Shown in pieces: positions 19,600 through 29,010 of a DNA stretch of 64,000 nucleotides. Under the pieces are notes generated by a model. The model was given only the letters and a program-made list of their open reading frames with translations. It made no database searches and was not told where the DNA came from. The DNA is from a virus, in the IMG/VR virus record IMGVR_UViG_3300021962_000044, positions 1 through 64,000 of that record; one strand, given 5' to 3'. A program made the position numbers and the translations under genes. Numbering within the stretch: the first letter of the stretch is position 1; each line of letters opens with the position of its first letter.

Positions 19600-20490
19600 A
19601 TGGGAAATGCTCTAAAGATTAGAAAATATCAGGATGGTCAAGTTATTGATGACGGCTTTCCTAACGATGGCTCAACAAACAACGGATATAGTGACTCTCA
19701 ACCCGGTATTGTAGGCGGTATTAATGAAGATAGCGATATGATTCGTTGTGATGCGGCTGTACTTGTAAAAGGTTTAGGAACTATTACGGCTGATACAGGT
19801 AGTTCCACAGTTACAGGAACTGGTACACATTTTAGTACTGATGGATTTACTGGCTCTAGTCAACTTTGGGTTAGTGATGGTGCCGGTGGTTACACATCAT
19901 TGGGAATCTATAGTAGCACAACTGATGACGAAGAATTAGAATTAGGTGACCCTTCAGGTTCAAATGTAACTGATAGTGCTTGGTACTATACCGCAACTAG
20001 CAACAGTTCTATCGTTCGTCAAAAAGGTTCTAGAAAATTCTTAGTTGCGGCCAATAACAATGTCATCCAAGATGAATCTATTGCGACCGGTCAGGCATAT
20101 ATGATTGCTACTGTGGGTGATACTGATTGGCAAGCACTTGGTGCTGATGCAACAGCCGCCCAATATGATATTTTTACAGCATTGAAAGATGGAACAGGTT
20201 TAACAACTAATGGTGAAGTTTATGCAGTTGCTACATGTTTATTAGTAGACTTAAACAGTCCAACAGAACCTAACACAATTAGTGTTCAAATTAATGATGA
20301 TGGCAATACATATTATGCAAGCCGTTTGAAGAACAAGTTCAGCACTAACTTTGCTACACCATATGCAAATTGCAATCCAGGTGTAACATTCTCTGCTACA
20401 TTCTTTAATGATAATGGTAACACATTACCTAACCCATCAGCTTCTGGTGACTTAGTTTATACATTAGTTGGTACAGAAAACTGGTGTTAA
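19600..20490 (+). CDS. Virion structural protein, paralogue of 21318-22709
   Basis: MGNALKI, IVRQKG.RKFLV, YMIATVGDTDWQALGA. Confidence 0.65.
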   Translation: MGNALKIRKYQDGQVIDDGFPNDGSTNNGYSDSQPGIVGGINEDSDMIRCDAAVLVKGLGTITADTGSSTVTGTGTHFSTDGFTGSSQLWVSDGAGGYTSLGIYSSTTDDEELELGDPSGSNVTDSAWYYTATSNSSIVRQKGSRKFLVAANNNVIQDESIATGQAYMIATVGDTDWQALGADATAAQYDIFTALKDGTGLTTNGEVYAVATCLLVDLNSPTEPNTISVQINDDGNTYYASRLKNKFSTNFATPYANCNPGVTFSATFFNDNGNTLPNPSASGDLVYTLVGTENWC

Positions 20491-20508
20491 TACTATAACA
20501 CTCAAAAG

Positions 20509-20531
20509 AAAAAGCGACTTAGGTCGCTTTT
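20509..20531. terminator. Terminator, possibly bidirectional
   Basis: AAAAGCGAC-TTAG-GTCGCTTTT. Confidence 0.8.
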
Positions 20532-20546
20532 CCATTAAATAAACGC

Positions 20547-21227
20547 ATGATTACATATAGAAACCCAAACACATTAGGACATCTTAAAGAAGACTGGATT
20601 GAAACTTATCGCACGTTCAGTAACAATAGTTATTACGATTCAAACTATATTCATTATAGCGACTTAGAAGTTATTAACGATGATAGGGTACAACCTAGAA
20701 ACTGTGTACCCATTCATCAACATTGTGATATGGAAATCTTAGGATACATTATAGATGGTCCTTGCTATCACAATGACAACTTGCATAACTACGGAGAAGT
20801 TCCTAGTGGATGTGTACAGCGCATGAGTTCAGGAACGGGTATTTGGCATACTGAAGGTAACTTATCAGATAACCCAATTCGTTATTTACAGATTTGGCTA
20901 CGACCAAACAAACATAATTTTCCACCACAATACGATGTAATGCAATTTACTAGAAAAGATAAATTGAATAAGTTTTGTCCCATCGCCAGTAATACTGGTC
21001 CTATACATATTAATAGCGATGCAAAAGTATTTGCAGGCATATTCACTCAAGATTTTAACGTCAACTTGAATAATAGTCGTAGATATTATGTATATGTTGT
21101 TAGCGGGACAGTAAAAATCAATGGATATGATTGTGTCGAAACTTCAGGATTGAGTTTTGAGAGTGAAGATTTGTTAACTATTGAGCAGGCCAAGGATGCA
21201 GAGGTGTTGCTTTTTGACCTTCGTTGA
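20547..21227 (+). CDS. Pirin-family bicupin protein (YhhW-like)
   Basis: TFS..YYD, VINDD, HQHCDMEI, QRMSSGTGIWHTE, LQIW, LLFDL. Confidence 0.9.
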   Translation: MITYRNPNTLGHLKEDWIETYRTFSNNSYYDSNYIHYSDLEVINDDRVQPRNCVPIHQHCDMEILGYIIDGPCYHNDNLHNYGEVPSGCVQRMSSGTGIWHTEGNLSDNPIRYLQIWLRPNKHNFPPQYDVMQFTRKDKLNKFCPIASNTGPIHINSDAKVFAGIFTQDFNVNLNNSRRYYVYVVSGTVKINGYDCVETSGLSFESEDLLTIEQAKDAEVLLFDLR

Positions 21228-21242
21228 TAAATATATGATACG

Positions 21243-21295
21243 CTCTTAATTCTGAGAGTTTATGCAGTACCCACTGCGTAGCGGCTAGAACCCGC
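21243..21295 (+). promoter_or_regulatory. Three-hairpin 5' leader after a late promoter
   Basis: CTCTTA/TGAGAG, TATGCAGT/ACTGCGTA and GCGG-CTAGAAC-CCGC stems. Confidence 0.5.
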
Positions 21296-21317
21296 AATTA
21301 TAATTAAGGAAAATCAA

Positions 21318-22709
21318 ATGGGACGTCCTCTAAAAATCGCAAAGGCTCAAGCAGTCTTAACAATTACTGATACAGCCGCAACAGGTAGTATCGTTACAAT
21401 ATCAGGTGGAAATTTAACTACATCACCAACAGTTGGTGTAGCTAAAGGTATGCCATTCCAAGTAGCTACAACAGTTGGTGGCCTAACAGCAGGTGTTACA
21501 TATTTTATAAATTCAATACTATCAAATACTACATTTGATGTATCTGCTACAGACCTAAGTGTTCAGCCACAAGTTATGGCAACACTGTCTGACACAAGTA
21601 GTCAAACAGTTTTAATGTCGGTTGGTGTAGTTGATGCTTATTTTAATAATCCAGTAGGTGGTGCAGGTTTCCCTGCAACTAACGCTAATACATATGGTGT
21701 AGTTGGTGGCAATACAGCAATTGTTGGTAATCAAGTATTAACACGTGTTGCTATTGGTATCAATGGTACAGGTACATTGTACACACCTACAGCAGTTAAC
21801 ACAAGCACAGTGGTAGTAGGTGTAGGTACTGATTTAGCTAACTTAACAACTGGTGCCGCACTTCAAGTAGGTGTTGCTAACATTAATGGTAGTACTGATT
21901 ATGTTAATCTAGGTTTTGCAAGTGCAACAAAAGGTGATGTAACAGTAGCTGTTGCAAACACTGTAGTATCAGGAAATATAATTGGAACTTCTGGTAATGC
22001 CCAAACTCTTATAGTAGATATGCCAATTACATTTAGTGCTAATTTGGGTACTCTAGTAACAGGTACAACATATTTTGTTAAGGCTATTGCTAATGCTGCC
22101 GCATTTACAGTATCTACTAGCCAAAGTGGCCCTGAAGTACAAATGGCTGCCGCTACTGGTACACCAGATGCTGTAATGAACCGTGTTGTATTAACTGCTA
22201 ATGCAAATGTTGTAGCAAGTGGTGCGGCATATGTTTATGCAAATGATGAAGCTGGTTTTATCGTTCGTCAAAAAGGCAAAACAAAATATTTAGTTACAGG
22301 TGGTACAACTGGCTTGACAGCACAATGCTATACAGCTAACGTAGCAAACACAGCATTAACACCAAACACAATGAACATCTTGTCTACTGACGCCGCATCT
22401 GCTACAGCATTTGTATCAAGTATTAATGACTATAACTCTGAAGTGTTCCCAACACAAGTTGCAGCCGGTTCATTATCAGCAGGTACTGTTTACACAATTT
22501 ACAGTGCAGGTACAACAAACTGGACAGCAGTTGGTGCTATGGCTAATATGACAGGTATTACATTCACTGCTACTGGCGCAGGATCTGGTACAGGTACTGC
22601 TGTTGCATATACTGTTAACCCTGACGTTATTGCTACATTCAATACTGCGGCGGCTGCTAATGCGGCTAACGGTCAACCTAACCCGATCGTAGTTATTGCT
22701 AGTGCTTAA
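21318..22709 (+). CDS. Virion structural protein
   Basis: Ala/Thr/Gly-rich; MGRPLKI, IVRQKGKTKYLV; two G.TYF modules. Confidence 0.7.
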   Translation: MGRPLKIAKAQAVLTITDTAATGSIVTISGGNLTTSPTVGVAKGMPFQVATTVGGLTAGVTYFINSILSNTTFDVSATDLSVQPQVMATLSDTSSQTVLMSVGVVDAYFNNPVGGAGFPATNANTYGVVGGNTAIVGNQVLTRVAIGINGTGTLYTPTAVNTSTVVVGVGTDLANLTTGAALQVGVANINGSTDYVNLGFASATKGDVTVAVANTVVSGNIIGTSGNAQTLIVDMPITFSANLGTLVTGTTYFVKAIANAAAFTVSTSQSGPEVQMAAATGTPDAVMNRVVLTANANVVASGAAYVYANDEAGFIVRQKGKTKYLVTGGTTGLTAQCYTANVANTALTPNTMNILSTDAASATAFVSSINDYNSEVFPTQVAAGSLSAGTVYTIYSAGTTNWTAVGAMANMTGITFTATGAGSGTGTAVAYTVNPDVIATFNTAAAANAANGQPNPIVVIASA

Positions 22710-23023
22710 TGATGACAAGTACTATTAAAATGCCGACTCAGACAACTAAAACTGATATCGCTGTACTTCAAGTTCAAGTTAAAAACATTGAACAGGACGT
22801 CAGCGAAATCAAAACTAGTCTTAAAGAGATGCATGAATGTCTTGACCGTAACGCAGAAGAAACTAGAGAACTTCTAACTAATATGCGTAACGAAGATATG
22901 ATTGCTCATAAAGAATTAGGAGCAAAAGTTTCTGCTTTAGAAAAGTGGAGATGGATGATGATGGGTGCAGGCATAGTTTTAGGATCATTGGGATTTGATA
23001 TGATAGCAAAAATGCTAAAATAA
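22709..23023 (+). CDS. Coiled-coil protein with C-terminal TM helix (holin/XhlA-like)
   Basis: Heptad coiled coil followed by WRWMMMGAGIVLGSLG. Confidence 0.55.
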   Translation: MMTSTIKMPTQTTKTDIAVLQVQVKNIEQDVSEIKTSLKEMHECLDRNAEETRELLTNMRNEDMIAHKELGAKVSALEKWRWMMMGAGIVLGSLGFDMIAKMLK

Positions 23024-23049
23024 AAAAAGAGACTTAGGTCTCTTTTTTT
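23022..23049. terminator. Bidirectional terminator between convergent genes
   Basis: A7-GAGAC-TTAG-GTCTC-T7. Confidence 0.9.
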
Positions 23050-23450
23050 GTAAGTGCTTTTAATTTCTTTTGAACAACATCAAAATTTACAGTACTAAAC
23101 AGTCCAGGATGTAATGGTTTAGGATATTGATTATCTCCCACCCATGCATACCCACAATGTTCTTCATTTAGTACTGGAGTAAATTCTTCATCTATCTTGC
23201 AAAAAAATGTATGATATGTAAATGTATTATTTACAAATTTTTGTATAGGTACTAATTTTGGATTTTCTGGAAAGTACCCAATTTCTTCATTACATTCTCT
23301 ATCAATGCCCACAAGTAATGTTTCACCATTTTCTATTTTCCCACCCGGAATGCCCCAGTTACCCGGATTTTTATTATCCGTTCTAAGTAGATATAAGAAT
23401 CGTTGTGTGTTTTTAGCGTAAAAGAAAACGCCTGCTGAGATATTATTCAT
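23034..23450 (-). CDS. Nudix hydrolase
   Basis: Nudix box GGKIENGETLLVGIDRECNEEIG; LNEEH..YAW. Confidence 0.9.
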   Translation of the reverse strand: MNNISAGVFFYAKNTQRFLYLLRTDNKNPGNWGIPGGKIENGETLLVGIDRECNEEIGYFPENPKLVPIQKFVNNTFTYHTFFCKIDEEFTPVLNEEHCGYAWVGDNQYPKPLHPGLFSTVNFDVVQKKLKALTKKET

Positions 23451-23478
23451 ATGCTAAGACATTATAGCATAAAGTAAA

Positions 23479-24855
23479 TTAGATTACAATACTATAATCA
23501 CCCTGGTCGTAAAAACCTTCCCACGATTTCATCCAGGAACCTTCTGAAGCAACATATCGATATTGTACATTAGTTGTTAAATTGGTTACGTATTGTACTT
23601 CAGTATCTACCGCACTGTTAAACGCAACAAACCATTCACCTGTTGTATCATCATATTCAATAATATCGTTTGCATATGCTACTACATTTCCCCATGCAAT
23701 AGTTGTATTATCCGGACTACCAATATCTTCTACTATAAGATATCTAATTCCGTTAACAGGAGTAGGTAACCCTGCATTTGGTCCAGTGACTAATGGGTTG
23801 ACCACGCTGTCTACAGGATCCAATGTATTTTGAGGCAGGGTATCCGGATCAATATTATAGATTAATAATCTATCATCATTTGGATCTGGAACAATAGTAC
23901 CTACAATTTCAGTATTCATAAAAGGATTTTGTAACCATATCTGACTAATACCTGGACGTAATGTTCCGTATACATTAAGCAAACTTGACCAATACAAACT
24001 AGTATTGGGATTAGGTGGCAAATCTAAATTTTCATTATCGGGATAGAAATCTTGATTAGCAGGTAATAATTGTAAACTATTACCTATTAATAATAACTTG
24101 TATCCGTATGGTGTAATCTTTTGTCTTGTACCTAATAACAAATCATCATTCTGTATATCATCTAATGCTTTACCAGAGAATATACTTGCAATAATCTTTT
24201 CAATAACACCCATCTTTTTAAGTTTGGCTGCATTGCTAATCCATATAGGCATGTAGAATTTCCAACTTAATACGTCAATGGGATTACCTGTACCTTGCGG
24301 AATAGTTCTACTACTAAATGTTAAACCATCTTGATATACAACACTTAAACTAGTCCAATCAATAAAGTTATCAGTAGATTGAATTTCTAATGAAGGATTG
24401 AATAGTGTACCTAGTTGTTCAATCAATTCTAATTTTTGATTATAATTAGTTGTCCATAAATCTACACTCATACGTAATGTATAGGGTACTGGCATTAATC
24501 TTTCAACAGTAAATGCCTGTCCTTGTACAGTTTCATAACTTTGTGTTTCTGTGTTATAGCTACGTTGACGAACTTGAATTTTATCAATGAAAGTGGGGTC
24601 CTGAGTTCTTTTTTGATCATATTCTAGACCAGTAATATAATATGTAATAAGTGGTGCGCTAGGTAAATTACTTGCACTGTTATTAGCAATGATAGTACTT
24701 GCTTGACGACTTGAGTCACCATACATAACTGGTACACGAACAAGTATATCATTACCTGCAGGATCTTTACCTTTAGTAACATACCAATTACTAAAGATTT
24801 TTCCAAACTGAATTAGAAATCTGCGGACCTGATTATCGTAGAAGAAGGCTGCCAA
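23479..24855 (-). CDS. Tail terminator/sheath stabiliser (T4 gp15-like)
   Basis: FFYDNQVRRFLIQFGKIFSN..VPVMYG..MPVPY..EQL..LFNP; TTG start at 24855 after AAGGA. Confidence 0.7.
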   Translation of the reverse strand: MAAFFYDNQVRRFLIQFGKIFSNWYVTKGKDPAGNDILVRVPVMYGDSSRQASTIIANNSASNLPSAPLITYYITGLEYDQKRTQDPTFIDKIQVRQRSYNTETQSYETVQGQAFTVERLMPVPYTLRMSVDLWTTNYNQKLELIEQLGTLFNPSLEIQSTDNFIDWTSLSVVYQDGLTFSSRTIPQGTGNPIDVLSWKFYMPIWISNAAKLKKMGVIEKIIASIFSGKALDDIQNDDLLLGTRQKITPYGYKLLLIGNSLQLLPANQDFYPDNENLDLPPNPNTSLYWSSLLNVYGTLRPGISQIWLQNPFMNTEIVGTIVPDPNDDRLLIYNIDPDTLPQNTLDPVDSVVNPLVTGPNAGLPTPVNGIRYLIVEDIGSPDNTTIAWGNVVAYANDIIEYDDTTGEWFVAFNSAVDTEVQYVTNLTTNVQYRYVASEGSWMKSWEGFYDQGDYSIVI

Positions 24856-24871
24856 AATAGTATTCCTTGTA

Positions 24872-24936
24872 TAAATAATAGTGTAACTCGCGGCTTCTGA
24901 CACCCAGTTACTCTAACGCTATTAAGGAGCATCAGC
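24872..24936 (+). ncRNA. Late promoter plus conserved structured 5' leader of the GIY-YIG gene (candidate cis-regulatory RNA)
   Basis: TAAATA-5nt-GTAACT cgcGG..CC c AGTTAC TCTAACGCT..AAGGAGCATCAGC; covaries with 4536-4603. Confidence 0.7.
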
Positions 24937-25551
24937 ATGACTATTTATCTTTATAAAAAGACCCATCGTATTACTGGATTAAAGTATCTAGGAAAAACTT
25001 CTTCAAAAGACCCGCATTTATACACAGGTTCGGGAAAATATTGGAAATCGCATCTAAACAAGCACGGATTTGATTACGATACTGAAATCTTAAGAGAATG
25101 TTATACTAACGATGAAGTTAAGCAATGGGGTGAATATTACAGTAACTTATGGAATATAGTTGAAAGTAATGAATGGGCTAATCTAAAAATAGAATCAGGT
25201 GACGGGGGCGATCCCGGTCCAATTGGTCGTAGTAAAATTGCAAAAGCTCAAACAGGAAGAAAACATACTACAGAAGAAAATGAGCACAAAAGCAAAAGAC
25301 AAACTGGTATAAAACGATCACCGGATTATCTTGCAAAAAAGATTGGACTAACATACAAAAAACCAAAAGCAAGAACTAGGCCAAACAAAAACAAAGGCAG
25401 ACAACTAACACAAGAATGGATTGATAATAGTGCAAAAAGTCGCACCGGCATGAAATACAAAATAATAGAATGTCCGCATTGCGGGAAACAGGGCGGGTCT
25501 TGCACTATGCCAAGATGGCATTTTAATAATTGCAAATCTCTAAAATCTTAA
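24937..25551 (+). CDS. GIY-YIG (Seg-like) homing endonuclease
   Basis: IYLYKKTH..GLKYLGKT, YTGSG, WANL; NUMOD3-like GRKHT; C-terminal CPHC..WHFNNC. Confidence 0.85.
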   Translation: MTIYLYKKTHRITGLKYLGKTSSKDPHLYTGSGKYWKSHLNKHGFDYDTEILRECYTNDEVKQWGEYYSNLWNIVESNEWANLKIESGDGGDPGPIGRSKIAKAQTGRKHTTEENEHKSKRQTGIKRSPDYLAKKIGLTYKKPKARTRPNKNKGRQLTQEWIDNSAKSRTGMKYKIIECPHCGKQGGSCTMPRWHFNNCKSLKS

Positions 25552-27266
25552 GGTTGCGGTGGTAGTGTATCTGGTGCTATTGTCAAAATAGTTGACAATG
25601 CTTGTTTCTGTGGAATCTCTGTTCCACTAGTTGTTATTGTAACGTTACTGTTATTTATGAAGCTAGATTGTTGTGACAAATCTGTTTCAGTGAATCCAGT
25701 TTGTGTTCTTACATTCTTAGATATGCGAACCCATATCCTACCATCCCAACGATATAGTAGTTGTGGTAGATAATCTGTACGTAAGAAATATGCACCAACT
25801 TGTGGGTTCTGAGGGAATGCAATTCCTGCACCAGTTGGGAATCCATTTGGAGCCTCAGCCGTACCATCTAAGTAACCTGTTGTATATCCAAAAGTTCTTG
25901 GACTACTACGTGCAATAAAAGCAAATCTAGGATCAGCATCAGCACGATAGTCCATAGTATTTGGTCCGTATGGTTCTGTACCTGTAAAGCCTGGTAGTTC
26001 TGGATTCTGATCTGCCGTAGCATATGTGTTATCTGCAGTACCATATGGTCCTGTAACAGGACCTGTAGGTTGTAATGTTAATACTGTCTCACCTTCAACT
26101 GGGCCTGAACCATTACCTATACGTTGTGGTGCTAGTACAGTAGATTCTAAGTTTATTTGATGTGCAACCTGCAATGGTTCAATGAACATATCTATAGTCA
26201 TATCCCAAATACTTTTTATAGTTGATTTGGGAATACGAAGTACCGGACTTGAGTTTTTATATTTAGGATTACGTACCATTGCAACAGTACCGGTTGCTAC
26301 AACAGGTGCACCACTGTTATTTGTAACAACATTTATAGGTGGAGCCGGCTGATTATATTTACCTGATAATTCAGTATTAGTTTCAAATTCACCATATGTA
26401 GGGACAATATATAAATTGCTTCTATCATAACCTGCTTTAGGAACTAATCTGTCTGCCTCTTCAAGAATAGCATTATTGATTTGTAGATTCTTATTGTATG
26501 TAGCAAGAATATCTTTAAGATTTTGATTAGGATCAAGTTCCCAATATACTGTATTAGGTGGTACAATACCAATTGGTACTTCTTGTTTAGATATATAATT
26601 CTTGTCACCAAATGTAATACTATAACCAGCAGGATAAACTTTATTACTATTCCATAATCCAAGATAATTATCCTGATCAATTGGCTCAGTTAATATCTGA
26701 CTAAATTCTTCACTATCAACTAATGGTTCACATTTAATACGCCATAAATGCGGATACCATGTAGGACTAAATCCTTCACTAGCAAAGTTACCATCTGTTA
26801 TTTGATAAAATCTTTTTAATGCTACTGGTATAGTTTCTTTTAATGGATTATAATCTAATAAATGAGGTAATTCTAATACATCACCTACCATTAACTTACG
26901 ACCAATTAAATCAATCATATCGTTATAATGAATAGTAATAAAGATAATATCGTTATTTAAAAATAAACCAAATTGACTTAAATCAAAGTCTAGATTTTGT
27001 ACATTATAATGTCCACGTAATCTATAAATATTAGGATCATATGTCCTATCTCTATTCTCTAAAAATAATAAATCTTGTATATTAGTAGGATCTAATGAAT
27101 CATATTGGGGTTGTGTATAATCAATACTTGCACCCTGATCTGTAGGACCTAAGTATTTGTGAATATATAAATCAGTGGCGCCAACAGTAAACATCTCTGA
27201 TATTGTTCTATCAAAGAAACGATAATCATTTGATTTCGTGGGGTGATATAATGAGAGTCTAGGCAT
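25548..27266 (-). CDS. Neck/head-closure protein (gp14-like) with extensions
   Basis: LSQFGLF..GDVLELPH; lies upstream of the gp15-like gene; ATG 6 nt after TAAATA. Confidence 0.55.
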   Translation of the reverse strand: MPRLSLYHPTKSNDYRFFDRTISEMFTVGATDLYIHKYLGPTDQGASIDYTQPQYDSLDPTNIQDLLFLENRDRTYDPNIYRLRGHYNVQNLDFDLSQFGLFLNNDIIFITIHYNDMIDLIGRKLMVGDVLELPHLLDYNPLKETIPVALKRFYQITDGNFASEGFSPTWYPHLWRIKCEPLVDSEEFSQILTEPIDQDNYLGLWNSNKVYPAGYSITFGDKNYISKQEVPIGIVPPNTVYWELDPNQNLKDILATYNKNLQINNAILEEADRLVPKAGYDRSNLYIVPTYGEFETNTELSGKYNQPAPPINVVTNNSGAPVVATGTVAMVRNPKYKNSSPVLRIPKSTIKSIWDMTIDMFIEPLQVAHQINLESTVLAPQRIGNGSGPVEGETVLTLQPTGPVTGPYGTADNTYATADQNPELPGFTGTEPYGPNTMDYRADADPRFAFIARSSPRTFGYTTGYLDGTAEAPNGFPTGAGIAFPQNPQVGAYFLRTDYLPQLLYRWDGRIWVRISKNVRTQTGFTETDLSQQSSFINNSNVTITTSGTEIPQKQALSTILTIAPDTLPPQP

Positions 27267-27330
27267 ATCTATTATTTATCGTTTATAGTCGGTTCAGTAA
27301 ATAGAATAAGAAAATGGGTCAAATTAAAGG

Positions 27331-27359
27331 TTGACAACAAATGAAACATCTGCTATAAT
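27331..27359 (+). promoter_or_regulatory. Sigma70-type early promoter
   Basis: TTGACA-17-TATAAT; spacer resembles the promoter at 248. Confidence 0.85.
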
Positions 27360-27391
27360 ACACAAATGCGCTATAAATTTAGGAGAACTTA

Positions 27392-28576
27392 ATGGCAACA
27401 CGTAAACCCGAAAAGAAAATCATTAAAGCTAGTGATTATTCACAGGTTAAGACACTTAACCCAAGAGACCCGGACACAGAATATTTAGGTCCTGAACCTA
27501 TGTTTGCCGTACAACCCGATGAAGATAGACGCCGAGTCGCACTTATGCGTAGTTTCACGTGGTACGGTCGTTTCTATGGTAAGAAAGATGCTAAAGAATT
27601 TTTAGCACAATACTTAGACCTACGTGAACGCCCGCAAGAGGCTAAGATTATGCGTAAGATTGATGAGAAAGAATGTATCAATACTCTAGCCTGGTTAGCA
27701 CGTATGGAATTGCGTGGATTAGAACTATCTGAAACAGAATCATATACATTACAAAATGAAATCAAACGGTTGCTTGAGACTATTAACAAACCACAAGTGA
27801 TTGAGGCTATGGTACCCGATGCTCCTACTAGACCCAATATTCAGGAAATTTTAAAAGATAAAGCACGTGAAGCGGCAGGTGAACTTGAAGGATTGTTTGA
27901 TGAATATATTACGTCAGGCGCCGGTGCAAAACACACATTGCGACCAATGGATGAGGTTGCTAAAAAGAATGTGATGCCACAACATATAAGTTTATTGACT
28001 GATGTATGGAAAAAGAAACTGAATGAAATTGAAGAAGTATTGAAAGGTACGGATAGTCAATTAGTGCAGGGCTATCAACACTTAACCAAAACTCAATTGA
28101 AAAATATTGTAAAATTTATTGAATTGGTTATCAGTGACTTAAACAGCTATATCAGTGTTAAGAAAGCGGCAAAGGCCCCACGTGCCCGAAAAGCTGTTCC
28201 TGTAGAGAAACAGGTGGCAAAATTGAAGTACTTGAAAACATTCAAAGATACTGCAACAAAACTTGATTTAGTAAGTATCAGTCCTATCAAATTGCATGGT
28301 GCAAGTGAAGCATGGGTTTATGATACTGCAAAACGCAAGTTACACCATTACATTGCGGATGATTATAGCAAAACATTTACAGTTAAAGGTAGTACGTTGT
28401 TGGGATTTGATTCAGCACAAAGTGAAGTAAAGACACTACGTAAACCAAGTGAGCAGATTAAAGAAGTTATGGGTAGCAAGCCTGCGGCACGTAAGTATTT
28501 TAAAGACATTAAAGCAGTTAGTACAACACCTAATGGTAGATTTAATGAACATATGATTATTTTGAAAGCATTCTAA
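27392..28576 (+). CDS. Early hypothetical protein
   Basis: 394-aa ORF with AGGAG RBS. Confidence 0.75.
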   Translation: MATRKPEKKIIKASDYSQVKTLNPRDPDTEYLGPEPMFAVQPDEDRRRVALMRSFTWYGRFYGKKDAKEFLAQYLDLRERPQEAKIMRKIDEKECINTLAWLARMELRGLELSETESYTLQNEIKRLLETINKPQVIEAMVPDAPTRPNIQEILKDKAREAAGELEGLFDEYITSGAGAKHTLRPMDEVAKKNVMPQHISLLTDVWKKKLNEIEEVLKGTDSQLVQGYQHLTKTQLKNIVKFIELVISDLNSYISVKKAAKAPRARKAVPVEKQVAKLKYLKTFKDTATKLDLVSISPIKLHGASEAWVYDTAKRKLHHYIADDYSKTFTVKGSTLLGFDSAQSEVKTLRKPSEQIKEVMGSKPAARKYFKDIKAVSTTPNGRFNEHMIILKAF

Positions 28577-29010
28577 TGAGTAAAATTGATTTAAACAAAT
28601 ATAGTGAATTTGTAGAAGCTGTAACAAGCAAGGCTAGTAATGACTTAACTACATTTATGGATCGATGTGATGAACTTGATGGTAATTACATTGGTGATGG
28701 TGTACATGGTCCTGATATCAATGTACCATTGTTATTAACCGCTTGTCTAGGATTAGCGGCAGAAGGTGGAGAGTTTATTGAAGTGCCCAAAAAGATGTTT
28801 TTTCAGGGCAAACCTTTAACTGATGCTGAAGTGTTTCACTTAAAGCGTGAGTTAGGAGATGTTATGTGGTATTGGATTAATGCTTGTAGAGCATTGAACC
28901 TTGATCCAAATGACGTTATTGATGAAAACGTGCGTAAATTAGAATCACGCTATCCCGGCGGGTCATTTGATGCACATTATAGTGAAAATCGTAAAGAAGG
29001 TGATATATGA
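28576..29010 (+). CDS. mazG: MazG-like NTP pyrophosphohydrolase
   Basis: GLAAEGGEF.E..KK..ELGDVMWY..N..KL..RYP. Confidence 0.85.
   Translation: MSKIDLNKYSEFVEAVTSKASNDLTTFMDRCDELDGNYIGDGVHGPDINVPLLLTACLGLAAEGGEFIEVPKKMFFQGKPLTDAEVFHLKRELGDVMWYWINACRALNLDPNDVIDENVRKLESRYPGGSFDAHYSENRKEGDI

Noticed and set aside
21243-21295. tRNA gene
   Set aside because: Three stems, but no acceptor stem, anticodon arm geometry or TTCGA.
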